Below, in pieces: positions 39,620 to 53,393 of a stretch of 64,000 bases of DNA. The number at the start of each line of letters is the position of its first letter. The stretch's first letter is position 1. The translations under genes and the position numbers were made by a program. The DNA is from Geosiphon pyriformis uo1 (Eukaryota; Fungi; Glomeromycota): positions 429,912 to 493,911 of the forward strand of contig JAAOMT010000590.1 in assembly GCA_016748015.1 (NCBI GenBank), read 5' to 3'. The notes beneath the pieces were generated by a model. The model ran no database searches and had not been told where the DNA came from. It saw only the letters and a program-made list of their open reading frames with translations.

Positions 39620-40130
39620 TTTATATTATCACAAGTTATAATTTTTGGTGCTTTATGTGATATCTTTCTTTGAAGATTTTGTTGTATTCTAAATTGTTTT
39701 TGAATTTGGCTTTGTTTTTAAGATAATTTTTTCTTAAAGCATTGATTAGTTTGATTGTCTATTGTTAATTTTGATATGTATAATGTTGTTTTATTTATAA
39801 CAAACTATTAATATTGGTGTTTTTTTACCTTCTTTATAATGGATTTTCTTCAATAGTTTTTTTTGGAACTATGATTAAATCTACATAATCTGTATAGAGA
39901 TTAAAATGGTTAACAAAGATAATGTTTTAGGTAAAAACTGTTTAATAGATTACCAAGCATTTTTATTTGGTGACTTCATAATTTTTTTTAATGGACTTAA
40001 GCTTTTGCTAACATATATTACTGGATACTGTTACCAACTGGAATTTAGGTCATAATTACTGTTAAGAACAAAACAGAATTATTGATAGTGCCAAAGAAAA
40101 GTTATTTAGAAAGAACCAAATAACAAAAAC
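39620..40130 (-). mobile_element. Heavily eroded Ty3/Gypsy RNase H relic
   Basis: YPVIYVSKSLSP..YEVTK*KCLVIY, NLYTDY and HYKEGKK/TNINSLL*IKQH are collinear with the Gypsy RNase H at 60565-60930. Confidence 0.65.
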
Positions 40131-40917
40131 CGAACTATTTGACCCAGAATTACCAATATCATTGATCAACATAAACATAAAAAATCGAAATTAATAATGA
40201 AGTTTATCTGATTTACATGTTTGTAACGCTGGTTTTCATTCAAGATATATATTTAATGGTGAGGTGTATTTTAATCAATAAATAAATATCATTATAAAAG
40301 AACATGTTCGCCTAAAGTATATAAAAATTAAAAATAAATAAATAAAGTATAAAGTATAATTCTATTATCTTAACCGAATGGTTCGATGAATGACTTAGTT
40401 TGATTTCATGTATTTCCAATTTATTAAACAGAAATGTATTGAATGAAATAGCTTAAAAAAAGGAACTGAGTATAGAAAAAAGTATTTCTTTAGTGTCTCT
40501 TTGCTTTCTTCACAGTTTGAAAATTAATAGAGGAAAGTTGTATAATAATGCAAAAAATAAATGTTAAATAGTAATAAATAATTTTATAATTTTATAATAA
40601 ATAAAGTTAAAATACCAATGTTTGTAATTTTAACGTTTATTATTAAATATTGAACACAAATCAGTTTTATATACAATGTGTATTTAAAAATAACTTGTAA
40701 TTCCAATTATAGCTATTTTAGTAACTTCAATTTTAAAAAATTAAACAAAACAAAATTATTGGCAGTCTTTTGAAAAATCTATATACAGTATACAAAAAAT
40801 TGGGTTTGTTACTATATATACTTGACAATTATCTTGTATTGAATTTTCCCAGTAATTGATTAAATAAAATAACCAAAATTGTAAATTGATAATTGGAAAA
40901 CAATTTTTGGGAACAAT

Positions 40918-42895
40918 TTAGAAATCTTTCCCACCATTTTTCAATACTTCCTCTATGCTCATTCTGGGACGCTGATGGGATAATTTCAATTGCAGGATCA
41001 TTCCTATTTCATCACATGCCATCAGTAATTGATCCAAATCTTCTTTAGTATGTGCTGCAGAAACGCAAAATCGTGCACGAGCGGAAATAACTGGGGTTGC
41101 TGGATAACCAACCACAACTACGGCAATATTACGTTTGAGGCACTCTCGAGAAAATGCTCTGAGAAAAAAGGCCATATAATTTAGATTCTCAAAGTATAAA
41201 CGAGAAATGGCAAAAAAGACATGCATTACTTACGGAATTTTAGCCGGATTAAATAAAAGCAATGGGATAACTGGGGAATCACAATGCCCATATGTAATAA
41301 AACCCAGTCGTTTCAGGTTTAAATTCAAGTAACGAGCATTAAAAGCCAAGCTTTGTAGCCTCTCTTGACCTTCGTTGGTTCCATCTTCACCCATAATTAT
41401 TGTCATCGACGTGAAAATCTGCTGGGCGACTAGAGGGGTAATTGATTCAGCATAAATAGGTGCGTGACATCGAAGCCTTAAATTATCAATTATGTAAGGA
41501 TCGGCTGCAATATAACCGCCGGCGGCACCAAAAGACTTTGTGAAAGTGCCCATAAGAATATCTATATCGTTTGGATCAACTCCAAAATAATCACATACCC
41601 CACGCCCTCTTGATCCCAAGGCACCAATACTGTGTGCCTCGTCAACATAAAGATAAAACTGTATAAAATAAGGTCTTGTTTAATTTACCAATTGAATTTA
41701 TCAGTGTTTAAAATTAACTACAACTCAACAGGGAATGAATTCTACCTTGTATTTCTTCTTCAATTCAACTATCTTTGGCAAGTTGCAAATAGATCCTTCC
41801 ATGGAATAAAGCCCCTCTACAACAACCAGAATTTTCTTCCATGGGCGATGAGTACGCGGCTGACCTTGACTTATAACTTCCTTTAAAAGGGCTTCTAAAT
41901 CATCCATATTGTTATGCTTGAATACACGTATGAAAGCTCCAGTCAAACGACTCCCAAATACTAAGCTACTATGGTTGTGTTCATCAGAGATTATGAGACA
42001 ACCCTTTGATACTAAGGCGGGAAGTGTTGTACTATTAGTGGCATAACCCATAGAGATAATTATTGCTGCTGGTTTTCCAACAAATCTTGCCACCAAAGAT
42101 TCAACTCTTTGATGTATATCTAATGTACCTATATTCAACGTATATATACGGGAAATAAGTAACGAAAATAAACTGATTTAGCGATCAAGAAAACCTACCA
42201 ACTTCTGCCCTGGGACTGCAAGAGGAAATCCCATACATTTTAACTGATTGCTCCACCGCATCAGCACATGTGCCCTCACGTTGAGCAAATCCTAGGTAAT
42301 TATAACTGCTCAGATTTAGACATTCACGAGTTCTGCCTGACAATTGAAAAGTTTTACAATAATTTTTGGTCTCTCGCTCAAGTAAGGTGATTTTCCGACC
42401 AGGTACACCTGTTACAGGACGACTGAAACAGTCATTGATTCGGAGCTTTAGACGGCGCACATAAAAATTATCGAAATCCGAATTTAGAGGAGCATAACCC
42501 TGCATCGATTATTAACAGGGTTTTTAATAACTGTGATAAAACAAAAGCAACAGAATTCGACATGAAAAAACTTATTTTCATCATATCCGAGCAATTATCA
42601 CAAAAATCAAAGCTATGCTTACATTTTGTTCCTTCAAGTGCTGATAATTTTCGCTACGAAACCTTTTGCCGAAGAAATCTCGAATATGACCAAAACAAAT
42701 GAGAATCAAATACGACAAATAAGTTGTGAATAAAAAGTAATAAGGTGGTTCTTCTTCCTCCCACCCAACTATTCCAGTTTTTTTCGGCACACATTCTTTA
42801 TTTGAGCGGAGGTCAAATATCAAATGATCAGTTGAACTTTCTGGAGTAAGATAATATTTTTTGGAGGCTTGTTTAACACGACTACCTTTCCCCAT
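40918..42895 (-). CDS. LCB2: Serine palmitoyltransferase catalytic subunit, 5 exons
   Basis: [40 protein letters not shown]-lysine motif GTFTKSFG and [12 protein letters not shown]. Confidence 0.96.
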
Positions 42896-43249
42896 AACGC
42901 AACCAAAATATAATCAGGATTAGATTTAATGAAATTAAGATAGAAACGCTGTCGATAAAATTTATGAGTGCATGAAACCGATTGCTATTTTTTGTAAACC
43001 ATATAAATATAAGATCTCCAAGGAGAAAATGCTGCAGAACATGTAATAAAATTTTTAGCTCAGTCTATTTTTGAATTTACAACAATGACGAAGATTTAAG
43101 CATTTCATTTAACAGCACGTAAAATGGGTTTTGCCCTAATTAGCCTACCATTGTGAAGTTACATCATTACTTTCTCAACAACTTCATTTCACCATTCGCG
43201 TGTGAGTAGGTTTGTTAATTTGTAAACAAAAAAAACCAGAAAGATTTAA

Positions 43250-44040
43250 ACCCAATTTTTATGAATATAAAACTAATTTTTGTTAATGCTAAATATATTC
43301 TTTATTATTTATATGAAATACGTTAACTACATATTTATTTTATAAATCTTACAATAAACAAAACATATTTTTGTCTAATAATTATTATACATCTCAAATC
43401 ACAACAAATTAATTAATATTTTTAAGATAAAATAATTAACATGGACAAATTTATAGACTGTTGGTTATTAATTATAAATTTATTATTTGTAATAATAAAT
43501 CTTTTATATTAATTAATAATAATAATAATAATAATTAATGATATTTAATTAATATTTTCAATCAATTATTATTAGTTTTGTATTCATAATTAATTAATTT
43601 TTAAATAAAAAGCATTAATTAATTATTTTGTTAGTTAATTATTTTTTCAATTATATTTATATATGTTTTTACTTATAATATAAATTACAATATCTTAAAT
43701 TAATTTTTATATTATGTTATAATTTACGAATAAATATATATATTCAATTTTTTTACCATTAAAAAAATCCGAATTTAAAATTATTATTTTCTTATTTTAT
43801 TTATCTTTGTTTTTAGATTATTATAATAAATTTTTATTTTAATTAAACTGGGTTTTCTTATTGTTTTTGCTTAATTTGATTTTTTTAAATATTTTAAATA
43901 TGTAAAAACTTTTTTATGTTAAAACCAAAACAATAAGTTTTTTCCAGTCAAAATTTTTTTCAAACAGTAAAATAAAAACTTTTTTGGTTTTATTATAATT
44001 ATATTAAAACTTTAACAACAAATTTGTAACAAAATTACTG

Positions 44041-44073
<33 letters not shown>

Positions 44074-45469
44074 AAATAGCCAAAAAACAACAATTATTAA
44101 TAACAATAACAATAACAATAACCAACTTTTTAAAATACAAAAAAATTTTTTTGTGTTTTTAAAAACAATATAATTATTATTTTAAACTTGTTTTTTTAAG
44201 TTTAAGTTAATTATTTTATTCTGGTTTTTTTATTAATTTTGTTTTATAATTTAACAATAATAATTAATTCTAATTCAATTATAAACAACAATTTTTTTTA
44301 TTTTAATAATCTTTATTGAATCAAATTTAATTTCATTTTTACTAATAATATTATTAAAAAAAGTTAAGCTTTTTTTTCTAAAATAATATTTTTTAATATT
44401 TAATTTCGATTTTATTTTTTATAATTATTAAAAACTTTTTATAGATAAATTAAATAAGCTTTAAAGATTAAAAAGTAAACATAAATGTTAATTAAAACAA
44501 TCTTTGATTATTTTTGGTTTTTTGGTTTTTTAAATAGGTATTTTGATTTTATTTTAATTAATTAATTAAATTGGTATTAATATTAATTAATTCTTGTTAT
44601 TAAGTTGAATTTTTCGAAAAAATAAAGTTTTTTGGTTTTAAAAAGTGAACAAATAGTAAATTAAGTGTTTAAACTTAAGTAACTAATTTTAAAAATAGTG
44701 TAATTTAAAGTAATAATCTGCTATTGATTTTTTGTTTAAGTATTTATTATTGTTTAGCAATTATTTTTAATATATTATAAATTGTTTAAACAAATTAATA
44801 AGTTTTTCTGGGGATTTTTTGTTGTTACTTTTTTTGGTTTTAATTTTAAGTTAAGTAAAAATTAATAATTAATTAAATATTTTTTTTTACAAAACTTTAT
44901 AATATTGTAATTAAATTTTTAAAATTAAATACCAAGTAATTTTGAATTGCAAATTTCTGGTTTTTTTGTAAATAGTATATAAAATTTTTATAAAAATAAT
45001 TTTTAATTTTTAAAATATTATAATTTCCAAAAAAATAATTATTAATTTAATTTTCAAAGTATTTGTAATGTTTTTTTTACAATTGTAATTCTGTTTAAAA
45101 TTTTAAATCTTTGTATTTAATAAGTATAAATTAACTAATAATATTCTAAAATAATTGTATTAAAGTAATTATTATTTTATATTTAAAAAATACTAAATAT
45201 TATTAAAAATTTTAATTGTTTTTTTTTAATATTGCTAATACTAAATTTGTTGTTAATAATATTATTAATAAAAGCTAATTAACTTTTAATAAACTATTTA
45301 TTTCTAAAACATTTCTTTATATTTTAAATTTATATAAGATTAAACTTATAATAAATTAATTTAATTTTATGTTAAAAATTTTAAATATAGTTATTTATAG
45401 TAAAAATTAATTTTTTTAATTAAAAATTTATTTTTTTACAAAAAATTTTAATTGTAAACTTTTTAATAA

Positions 45470-45503
<34 letters not shown>

Positions 45504-45530
45504 TTATTAAATTATAGTATTAACAAAAAA
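43250..45530. other. Extremely AT-rich block between the gene region and the TE nest
   Basis: About 2.3 kb nearly devoid of C and G, with (ATT)n and (AAT)n runs. Confidence 0.8.
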
Positions 45531-45534
45531 AAAA

Positions 45535-48500
45535 TCTTCTCTTGTCAATCCTCTGGCCATGACAAGAGCAAAGAATAATTTTGAAGTTTTAGCTTTTTTT
45601 TTTCCTTTTTTCTCTTTTTTTTATTAGTTATTTCTTCAAACACACTTAGTTTTATTATAATAGAACTGGCAAAAGTGATTGTTGGTGTTTTTGGCTCTGG
45701 TTTAACTGGTTTGAGAACTTATTTAAGCACTAAGAAAAAATATATAGACAACATCTATTTCTATGGTATATCATATAAGAAGTCTAAGAAGTCTGTTGTT
45801 AATGATATTATTGACTGGTCTGCTAGCCTATTGAGCTTGGTAGACATCAATGGCATTAATGACATCAATGACATTAATGACAAACTTGTAATGTTCTGGA
45901 GAAGCAAAGTTGTCAGTATTGAGAATAGTATTAGCTGTTTTTCTGATCTAGAGAATATAAGAAACATAATTGCAAAGAAAATAAGTTATGTGAATTCAGA
46001 CAATTTTGTTAGCAATGAGAACATGAGCAAGACTACTCCAAAGAAAACTTAAACTCAAACTTATGTATTGGACCATCCTATAAAAGTATCTTTGTTCAGT
46101 AATTTGAATAATAATAGCAATGCTCTAGGGTTTTTTTTCCCTAAGTTTAGTGGTTTCAATCAGCTGCCATCTGTTAAATTATATGTCCTGAAAAGATAAA
46201 GCTTTAAATCAGTTAAATTGTTTATATTGAATATGGAATTGGCTGCTGTGCTTAGAAAAACTAATAATGATAAGTTGATTTTAATCAAAAAAAATTTTTA
46301 TCAAATTAATGGTTTTGAGAGAACATTAACTCTCTTAAAATTTTTAAGAATTATTAAAGCTTTATTTACTTTTGAATTTAGTATGAATAAGGCAAAGAAA
46401 TTGGCAATCTGTAAAAAAATTATGGTTAATGATGATCTCAGAAAAGTAAACAGCCATTTGGATCGGGAATTAATTGTCAAGAAAATTCCAGTTGATTTTC
46501 TCAAATCAGCTGTAAAGTCAGTTTTTTCTAAATTTGGTAAGATTATATCAATCAAAATGCAACTAATTAGTTTATGACAAAAAGCTTTTGTAAAATATAA
46601 ATCATCTAATATAACCAATTTGGTTGCAGTTAGATGGTCTGTTTTTATGAGAAAAGATTCTGTTTATGTGACAAAAGTTATTGGTAACAAACAAACATAG
46701 ACATTTAGAAACCAGTATTAGACTTTGTTGTATATACTTTCAATTAGTACTATTGCTCATAATCTATCTGATTTGTTGGTTTCTTATGGTGAAAAAACTT
46801 GTGTCATTGACCATAATTCAAATACATATATACATGATAAGTGTGCTATAGTGTGTTTTGAAAATGAGACATCCAAATTGGTTGTTATTAGCTTTACTCC
46901 AATGTTTAAGAGTGTGAATTTGCACTGGGCTGGTCTCTCTTTGGTCTGTTGTGCTTGGTATAAACAATTTGGTCATATTTCTGTTAATTGTGCATTGGAT
47001 AAGAATTCTGGTGGTTATAGTAAGTAGATAGTAACTTCTTAGAATTGTGTCTACTTGGCCAATATTTATAAGAAGCAAGCACTTATTGCTTATTTGGTTT
47101 TTTTTAATGACAAAACTTGGGCCCAAATTGCTGGTAGTTTTTCCTCTTATGTGATCTTATTAGATTTTTTTGGTACTGGTTTGTCTTTGGATGTAAAACT
47201 CATTCCAATGGTTTTTAATCCTCTTAGTGATTTCTGTTTAATTGATTGTTTGGCTTTTTTGAAATGCTCTTTGAAGTTTTTGGCAGATTAGGTTTCTGTT
47301 ATTATAAAAAAATTAAGCTTTGTAGAATTAGTGCCTCTGGTGTTCACATTTCATGTCTTCCTTCTGGTTGCTCTAGTGTTTTTGGCTTCTAATTTGAATT
47401 TGGATATGACTCTGGATAATACAGTAACATCTTCCACCCTCCTTTTTTTAATCATTGCAAATATAGTTGCTGACTTTAATTTAATTAGTTCTAAGATTTT
47501 AACCACCAAGATAGGTAGATTGGAATCTAAGATGGTGGTTTTAGAAATATTAGTTGATTCAGTTTTGGAAAAATTGGATCATTTGTGCTCTGGTCTGAGT
47601 TTGTTAGTTTTTCTTACTCTTTAATAAGTAATTTTGTGTAGAAAATTACTATGTATAATGTTTACAGTATTAATGTCTCTACCAAGCTGAAAGATGTTAT
47701 TTGTTGACATAAAAATTCTGGGAATTTGGTTTTGATAATTACAAAAACAAAGTTGAGGTTTAGCAATAGGCCATGAATTAAGAATAGGTTTAATGAGGTT
47801 AAGGTTTTTTTATCTGGATTGGACAAAAAGTTTCTTAGTGTTGAAGTAGTAATCATCATAAATGCTTTTTTGGCTTGTCATGTGTATAAGATTTCTGAGG
47901 TGTCTGGCTGGCTTCTTTCTGTCAAGTTGCTTTTCAAACATAAGCTTTTTGTATCAATATTGGGTTTCTATGTTGGCATTTTCTTGGCAGTTTATTTTTT
48001 TCAAGCTGGCAAGATCAACTTTTTGATTACAAAAACCATAAATAAATCTTTTTTTATTATTTTGGATGGCAATTTTAATGAAAATAATTTCCATAGATGT
48101 GCCAGTTTCAAGAAATATTTCAATTTAGAACTGGTTAATTCTCTATTAGACAGTTCAATTACAAAGAGTTCTATATAGAAAAATTCAAGAAGTGCTAAAA
48201 AAATAATAGACTATATGTTTATTTTTTTAAGTTTGGTTAATACAGTTATGAGTTGTAATGTTTTGGATGTCAGCAAACACTTTAACACTGATTACTGAGC
48301 TGTTTTTGTGTTTGTAAATTTGGGTGGACTTTTGGATATGTAGTTGAACTTTCTTCGCAGACAAGCAAATAGGAATTATTGAAAGTTTGATGTCAAAAAT
48401 GTTGATAAAACAAAGTAGTGCAAATATAAAAAGTTTACAGCAGCAAATGCAGCAATGTTTTCCAATGAGTTTTTTGCAGCTAAAAAATTTAAGGATCTAA

Positions 48501-51500
48501 ATGCTATGTGAAATGCTGTTTACAAAATGATGTGTCTTTTGGCAAATAAAATTTTCAAAAAGAAATAGTTTAAGAGCTTTGATAGTGTTTTTACCAAAGA
48601 GTTTTCTAAGTTTCATAAGTTAAAAATTTTAGTGTCAAAGATAGTTAAGTTCTTACATGGAAGTGTTAATAATAAGTTTAAGTCTTTAATAAGCCATTAA
48701 ACATTTCTGAACATTGATATAACATCATCTATTTAGGTTTTGTTGGTTTCTGGTGTGGATCTTAATTATGTATATTCAGCTCTTTTTACTGTGCATAAAT
48801 CATATTGTGTCTTCAAGCTTGTTGAATTTTTGTGGACTGAAAAGTCAAAAATTAAGTTAGCTATTGACAAATGAATGGGAAGTTTTGCAGTCAATAAAAG
48901 TTACACAATTAAGAGTGTACTAGAGTATTCTTTTCGAAAAGTGGTTTTGAACTATTTGGTTATTGAAGATAAACTGATTTTGAAACCTAATCTGGTTAAG
49001 ACCAAGATAGATAAAATTATAGAGAACTGAACTAGGAAGTACAAGATAATAGTAAATTTTTCTGATGATTAGTCTTGTCAATATCAGCCTTTAGAGTATG
49101 TTTTTGATAATGCTTTTACAGATATAATGTGTTTGGTTAGTTTTGATAAGTTGCTTAGTGTGGTTTCTAATCTGCCTGATAACAAAACTGCTGGTCTTTT
49201 TGAAGTCTCAAATAAGCTCTGAAAGCATTGTAACAAGTTGGTCTTAAATATGCTTTTGGTGCTTTTGAATTCTTGTTTGTTTTGTAAAGCAGTGCCTGGT
49301 ACTTGGAAGAAAGCTTGGGTTTCAATGATTTCCAAGCCATATGAGTGGAAGAGAGTTCTTATAAACATCTAACTTATTGCTTTAATTAAGATTGTCTGCA
49401 AAATTCTCTCCAAGATTCTTTTAGACAGAATTTCTTCAGTGTATAGCACTTTTGATGTTTTATATGGAGACAATTTCTTAGTTTTAAAAAATATGACAAC
49501 ACAATTTTCTATTTTTGCCATTGGCTCAGTTATTGAAGATGCTTTGGAAAAAAACTGTGAATTCTGGCTGGTGTTATAAGATATGTGAAAGACTTATGAT
49601 TCTGTTGGATGAAAACATCTTAGGAAAAGTCTGCTTAGGATAAAAATGTGTAACAAATTCATTAGATTTTTTGGTAATATTTACAATAATTGTTTCAACA
49701 GAATTATGACTAATTTTGAATTAATAGATAAGTATTGGGTACATAATAATTTGAATCAAGGGGAGGTTTTCTTATCTCTTCTTTGGCACATATTTTATGA
49801 TCTTCTTTTATGTAAAGTCAAGAGACAGAAAAGTATGTGTGGATATAAGTTGAATTCTTATTTTATTGCCAAAACTGGTCATATAGAATATTAGGCTGGA
49901 TTGTCATTTTTTTTTGCTGCTGGTGTTTTGTTGATAATACAATCTGGGTTGATAGCAGTCAGATTACAACACAATACATTCTCAATATTACTAGTGAATT
50001 TTTTAGAATTAATAACATTTCTATTATTATTAATAAGACAATAGTTATTTCTATTAATTACAGAGTTGTATGCTCTTCTTTGTTAATTAGTGGTTTGCCT
50101 ATTTTTATTGTCAAGAAAGAAGAGTCTTATCACTACCTAAGTATCTTTTTGTCCATCAAGGATTTGTTAAAGCCTAGCTTGGCTAAAATGCATTTGGATG
50201 TCAGGTTTTTTGCCAATCTTGTTTTAAAAAAAACCATTTTGAATAAACAGTTCTTATATTTGGTGTTAGTAGTACTTTTTCCTATTGTTAGCTACAGAAT
50301 ACAGTTTAGTTTTGTTTCTATTAGAGTATGTGAAAAGTAAGATGCTTTGATTTACAGGAGCTTAAAATTAAAATCTGGTCTGTTTTTTGACTTTCCCAGT
50401 AATATGCTTTATCATTTTTTGTTGTATGATTTGAAAACTTTTGAGCAAGTCCAGGCTAAGAGGAAAGTGGCTTCTATTGTGTGTTTTGCAAACTCTGTTG
50501 AGATTTTGGGTTAGTTGTTTTTATACAAGTCTCTTAACTTGTAGGCTTTGAGTTAACATTCACTTCATTCTTTGATTTCTCCAGCTCATATTAGAATCAG
50601 CTTATCTAATAACTTTTTAGTAAGTGTGGTTCATATTTTTCTTAGGTGCAATTTGTCTCTGAGTGGTCCAATGATCAGTTCTTTTTATTTTTGAGATAAA
50701 ACTCTTATGTCAGCTGTACTTGGTGAAACTGAGTTCTTTAGGTTTCTTTTTTCACTTTAGTAATATAGTATAGTTTTTATGGAGCAGCTTCATTGTTAAA
50801 AGAGTGTTATCTTTGATTGAAAAACCTTTAAGTACTGGAAAAGGCTGGACCCACATGGTTTTGTTTCTGATTAGTTTAGGCTTTTTGTTGATTTTTTTAA
50901 TGGTGTAGTTTTTTCTTCTGCTGATCCTCTTTCTTTGGGTGGTTTTAAACTTCCAAGTGTTTTAAAGTTTAGTAAGTTTAGGCATGTTTGTAACCATTTG
51001 TTAGATGTTACAGCTGACAGTTTTTTTGTCTATATGAACAAATTTCTGAAGGACCTAAAAAGTCTTAATGTAAGGGCTGGTGTGGCAGTTTTTTTTGAGG
51101 ATGTAAACATGGATTTGAGAATTAGAGTTTCTGGTCTGTTGTTTTCTACTTTAGCAAAGCTGCAGACTATTGCATTGGCTCTTGAATGTGTTCTCTTTTT
51201 TAGCTCAGTTTATCTTTTTATAAACAGTCAAGTTGTTTTGGATGCATGTAAATTGGAATTGGGTCTGGTGCATCTGAATTTTCGAAATTGGTGCTGAATT
51301 GAGCATCAGCATATTGTGAATATTATTAAAAAGAAGATTTTAATTTTAGTTGGTGCAAAGTTAAAAGTCATTTAAGTATCTTGAATAATGAATATGCTAA
51401 CACACTTGCTAATACTGCTTTTTTTTTTCTAATGCTTTTCTTTTAATTTGAAGGAACATTGTATTTTGGCTGAGAGTGGTGTCATTTTTGGTAATTCTAG

Positions 51501-52350
51501 ACATTTTGTTTGTGGGATCTTTTGGTCCATTTATTGTGCACACTGGAAGGTTGGTTTTAGGTTTGGTATTTTGGATAATAGTTTGCTCTTGGATGTTAAT
51601 TGGCCCAGCTTGTCCTTGGTATGACATCTTGACTTGCATATAGCTACTGGTTTCACTAGTAGGCTTACTGGTGGTGCTTATATGTACTTTATGAAAGCTT
51701 TGTATTGTTAATTGCCAGTTGCTGTATGAAAGTGCCAATATAACAAGTGTTATCTTAGTGTTTTATGTTTGTATTGTGATAATGTTGAGGTTTCTGATTA
51801 TGTTTTTTCTTGTATAATTGATGATTTTGTTTATCATTATTTGTTAGATGCTCATATGGCTGTTTAGTGTGTGCTTTTTGGTTTTTTTATCTCTTCTTTA
51901 TGTGTATCTCAATTGTTGTCTTTCTGTGTTTTAAATGTTACAGTATACACAGCTCTTTACAAAAACTTTGTCTTTAAAGATTGGTTTCAAGAAGCTGCAT
52001 CTGTTTTTGAAGGTTTTAAGATTGTGAGTCAAAAGATTGTGGACTTTGTGCATGATTTTTGTCTAGATTTTAGGAAGAAAATTTGGTTGGTCTGTATTAA
52101 ACATCATGCTTTTATGGAAAAAAATGAACTGATATCATGTAATGATTCAGTTTTAAGATCAGTTTTTGGGCTATCTTTGTTGTTTTTTTCCAGTATGATT
52201 AGATTGTTAAATATTAATGAGACATTTGGTGTTAGTTTTGGATTTTGAAAGTTTTGTCTATTTTTTTCAGGTATTAAGAACTCTGTTTCTGTTTATATAG
52301 GTGTTTAGTGTTGTCTTGATTGGCCTAAGTGGCTGATTATGTGTAAAAAA
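45535..52350 (+). mobile_element. Full-length, inactivated non-LTR retrotransposon (LINE): ORF1 plus ORF2 (APE-RT-RNase H-CCHC)
   Basis: ORF1 has an RRM-like region and the knuckle CAWYKQFGHISVNC. ORF2 has APE (ILDGNFN, IDYMF, TDY), RT (KTYDSV, NQGEV, VDNTIWV), RNase H (STLAKLQTIALAL, NSQVVLD, KVKSH..NEYAN) and CLYC..YVFSC, then a stop at 52306, a hairpin and a short A tail. Many stops. Confidence 0.92.
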
Positions 52351-52403
52351 TACATAATTTACACCTAGTTTAGATCAATTATTTAATGTATTATACTAAG
52401 TAG

Positions 52404-53382
52404 TATTACTGGAGGTTTTTGGTCTCTTTTCTTAAATGTTGTTAATGTCTGTTTGTTGTGAATTCACGTTTTCTAGATGTGGTTAAACCTCCAGTAACTG
52501 AATTTATTTTCAAATTATCTCCTATAATTTGAATGGCTAGGCTTATAAGTGGAATAGCCAATTCCATGCCAGTTACTTGTGTAGTTATGTTGTAGTAAAT
52601 GTCAACTCTTTCCCAGAAATTGCTCGTCTGAAAGCTCACTAAAAATGTGTAGTTACTTTGCTGTAAAAATCAACTCTTCTACAGGAATCTCGTCTGTAGA
52701 CTACTTTAATGATTGTAATAAGAAAAGAAAAATAAAAATAAAAGAAATGTAAAAAAAATAGGATTTTATCAAGGAAATGTTTTCTATTCAGGCCTGGAGT
52801 CACTAACAGTTTACTGAAATTGGTAGCTAATCAATTTTAAAATGTTAGTTGGGTTTTGAGGATTTTCTAAGTGCAATAATTAAAGAATTTGGTTTTTTCA
52901 AATTATTTAATATTTATTTCTTTTTGTGTATGTAGGAATAGTTTTAAGTGATAAATCTAAAATAAGATATATTTTCTCAAAGAGAGAAGCTCTTCTTTTA
53001 TACAACTTGTCATAACACTATTTTATGAACTTGAACTTTGTTCTTTTCTATAATTTTGCTGAACTAAAGCTACATTTCGGCAGACTACAAGTTATTTCTG
53101 CAAACTATTAGATATTTCGGTGAACTATTAGATATTTTGGTGAATTTCTACAAATTTTGGCAAACTTTTTGAATGTTACATAGTTCGGGGTATTGCATAA
53201 TTGATCATCGCAATTAGGTTATATTTGTGTTATGTACAAATTGGATTATTAATTAAATAATAATTTCAGACATTTTGCTAATGTAATAAGTGATAATTTG
53301 AATGATAATATATGCTAATTAATGATAGGAATTATAAAGATAATTTCATGCTAAATAATATCTCTAATTTTGTCTAGTAACA
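52404..53382 (-). repeat. 3' LTR of element A, about 979 bp
   Basis: Inverted termini TATTACTGG (mutated TG) and CTAGTAACA, preceded on the minus strand by the purine tract GAGAAGAAGG. Internal ~20-bp tandem repeats at 53070-53165. Confidence 0.7.
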
Positions 53383-53393
53383 TAACCTTCTTC

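Noticed and set aside
45660-52308. Alternative genetic code or readthrough to explain in-frame stops
   Set aside because: Stops of all three types occur only in TEs, together with frameshifts; host genes read normally in the standard code.
52596-52706. Hammerhead ribozyme (CAGACGAG...GAAA on the minus strand)
   Set aside because: The core reads CAGA rather than CUGA, and no three-stem fold was found.
53070-53165. CRISPR-like repeat array
   Set aside because: Degenerate tandem repeats without unique spacers, inside an LTR in eukaryotic DNA.
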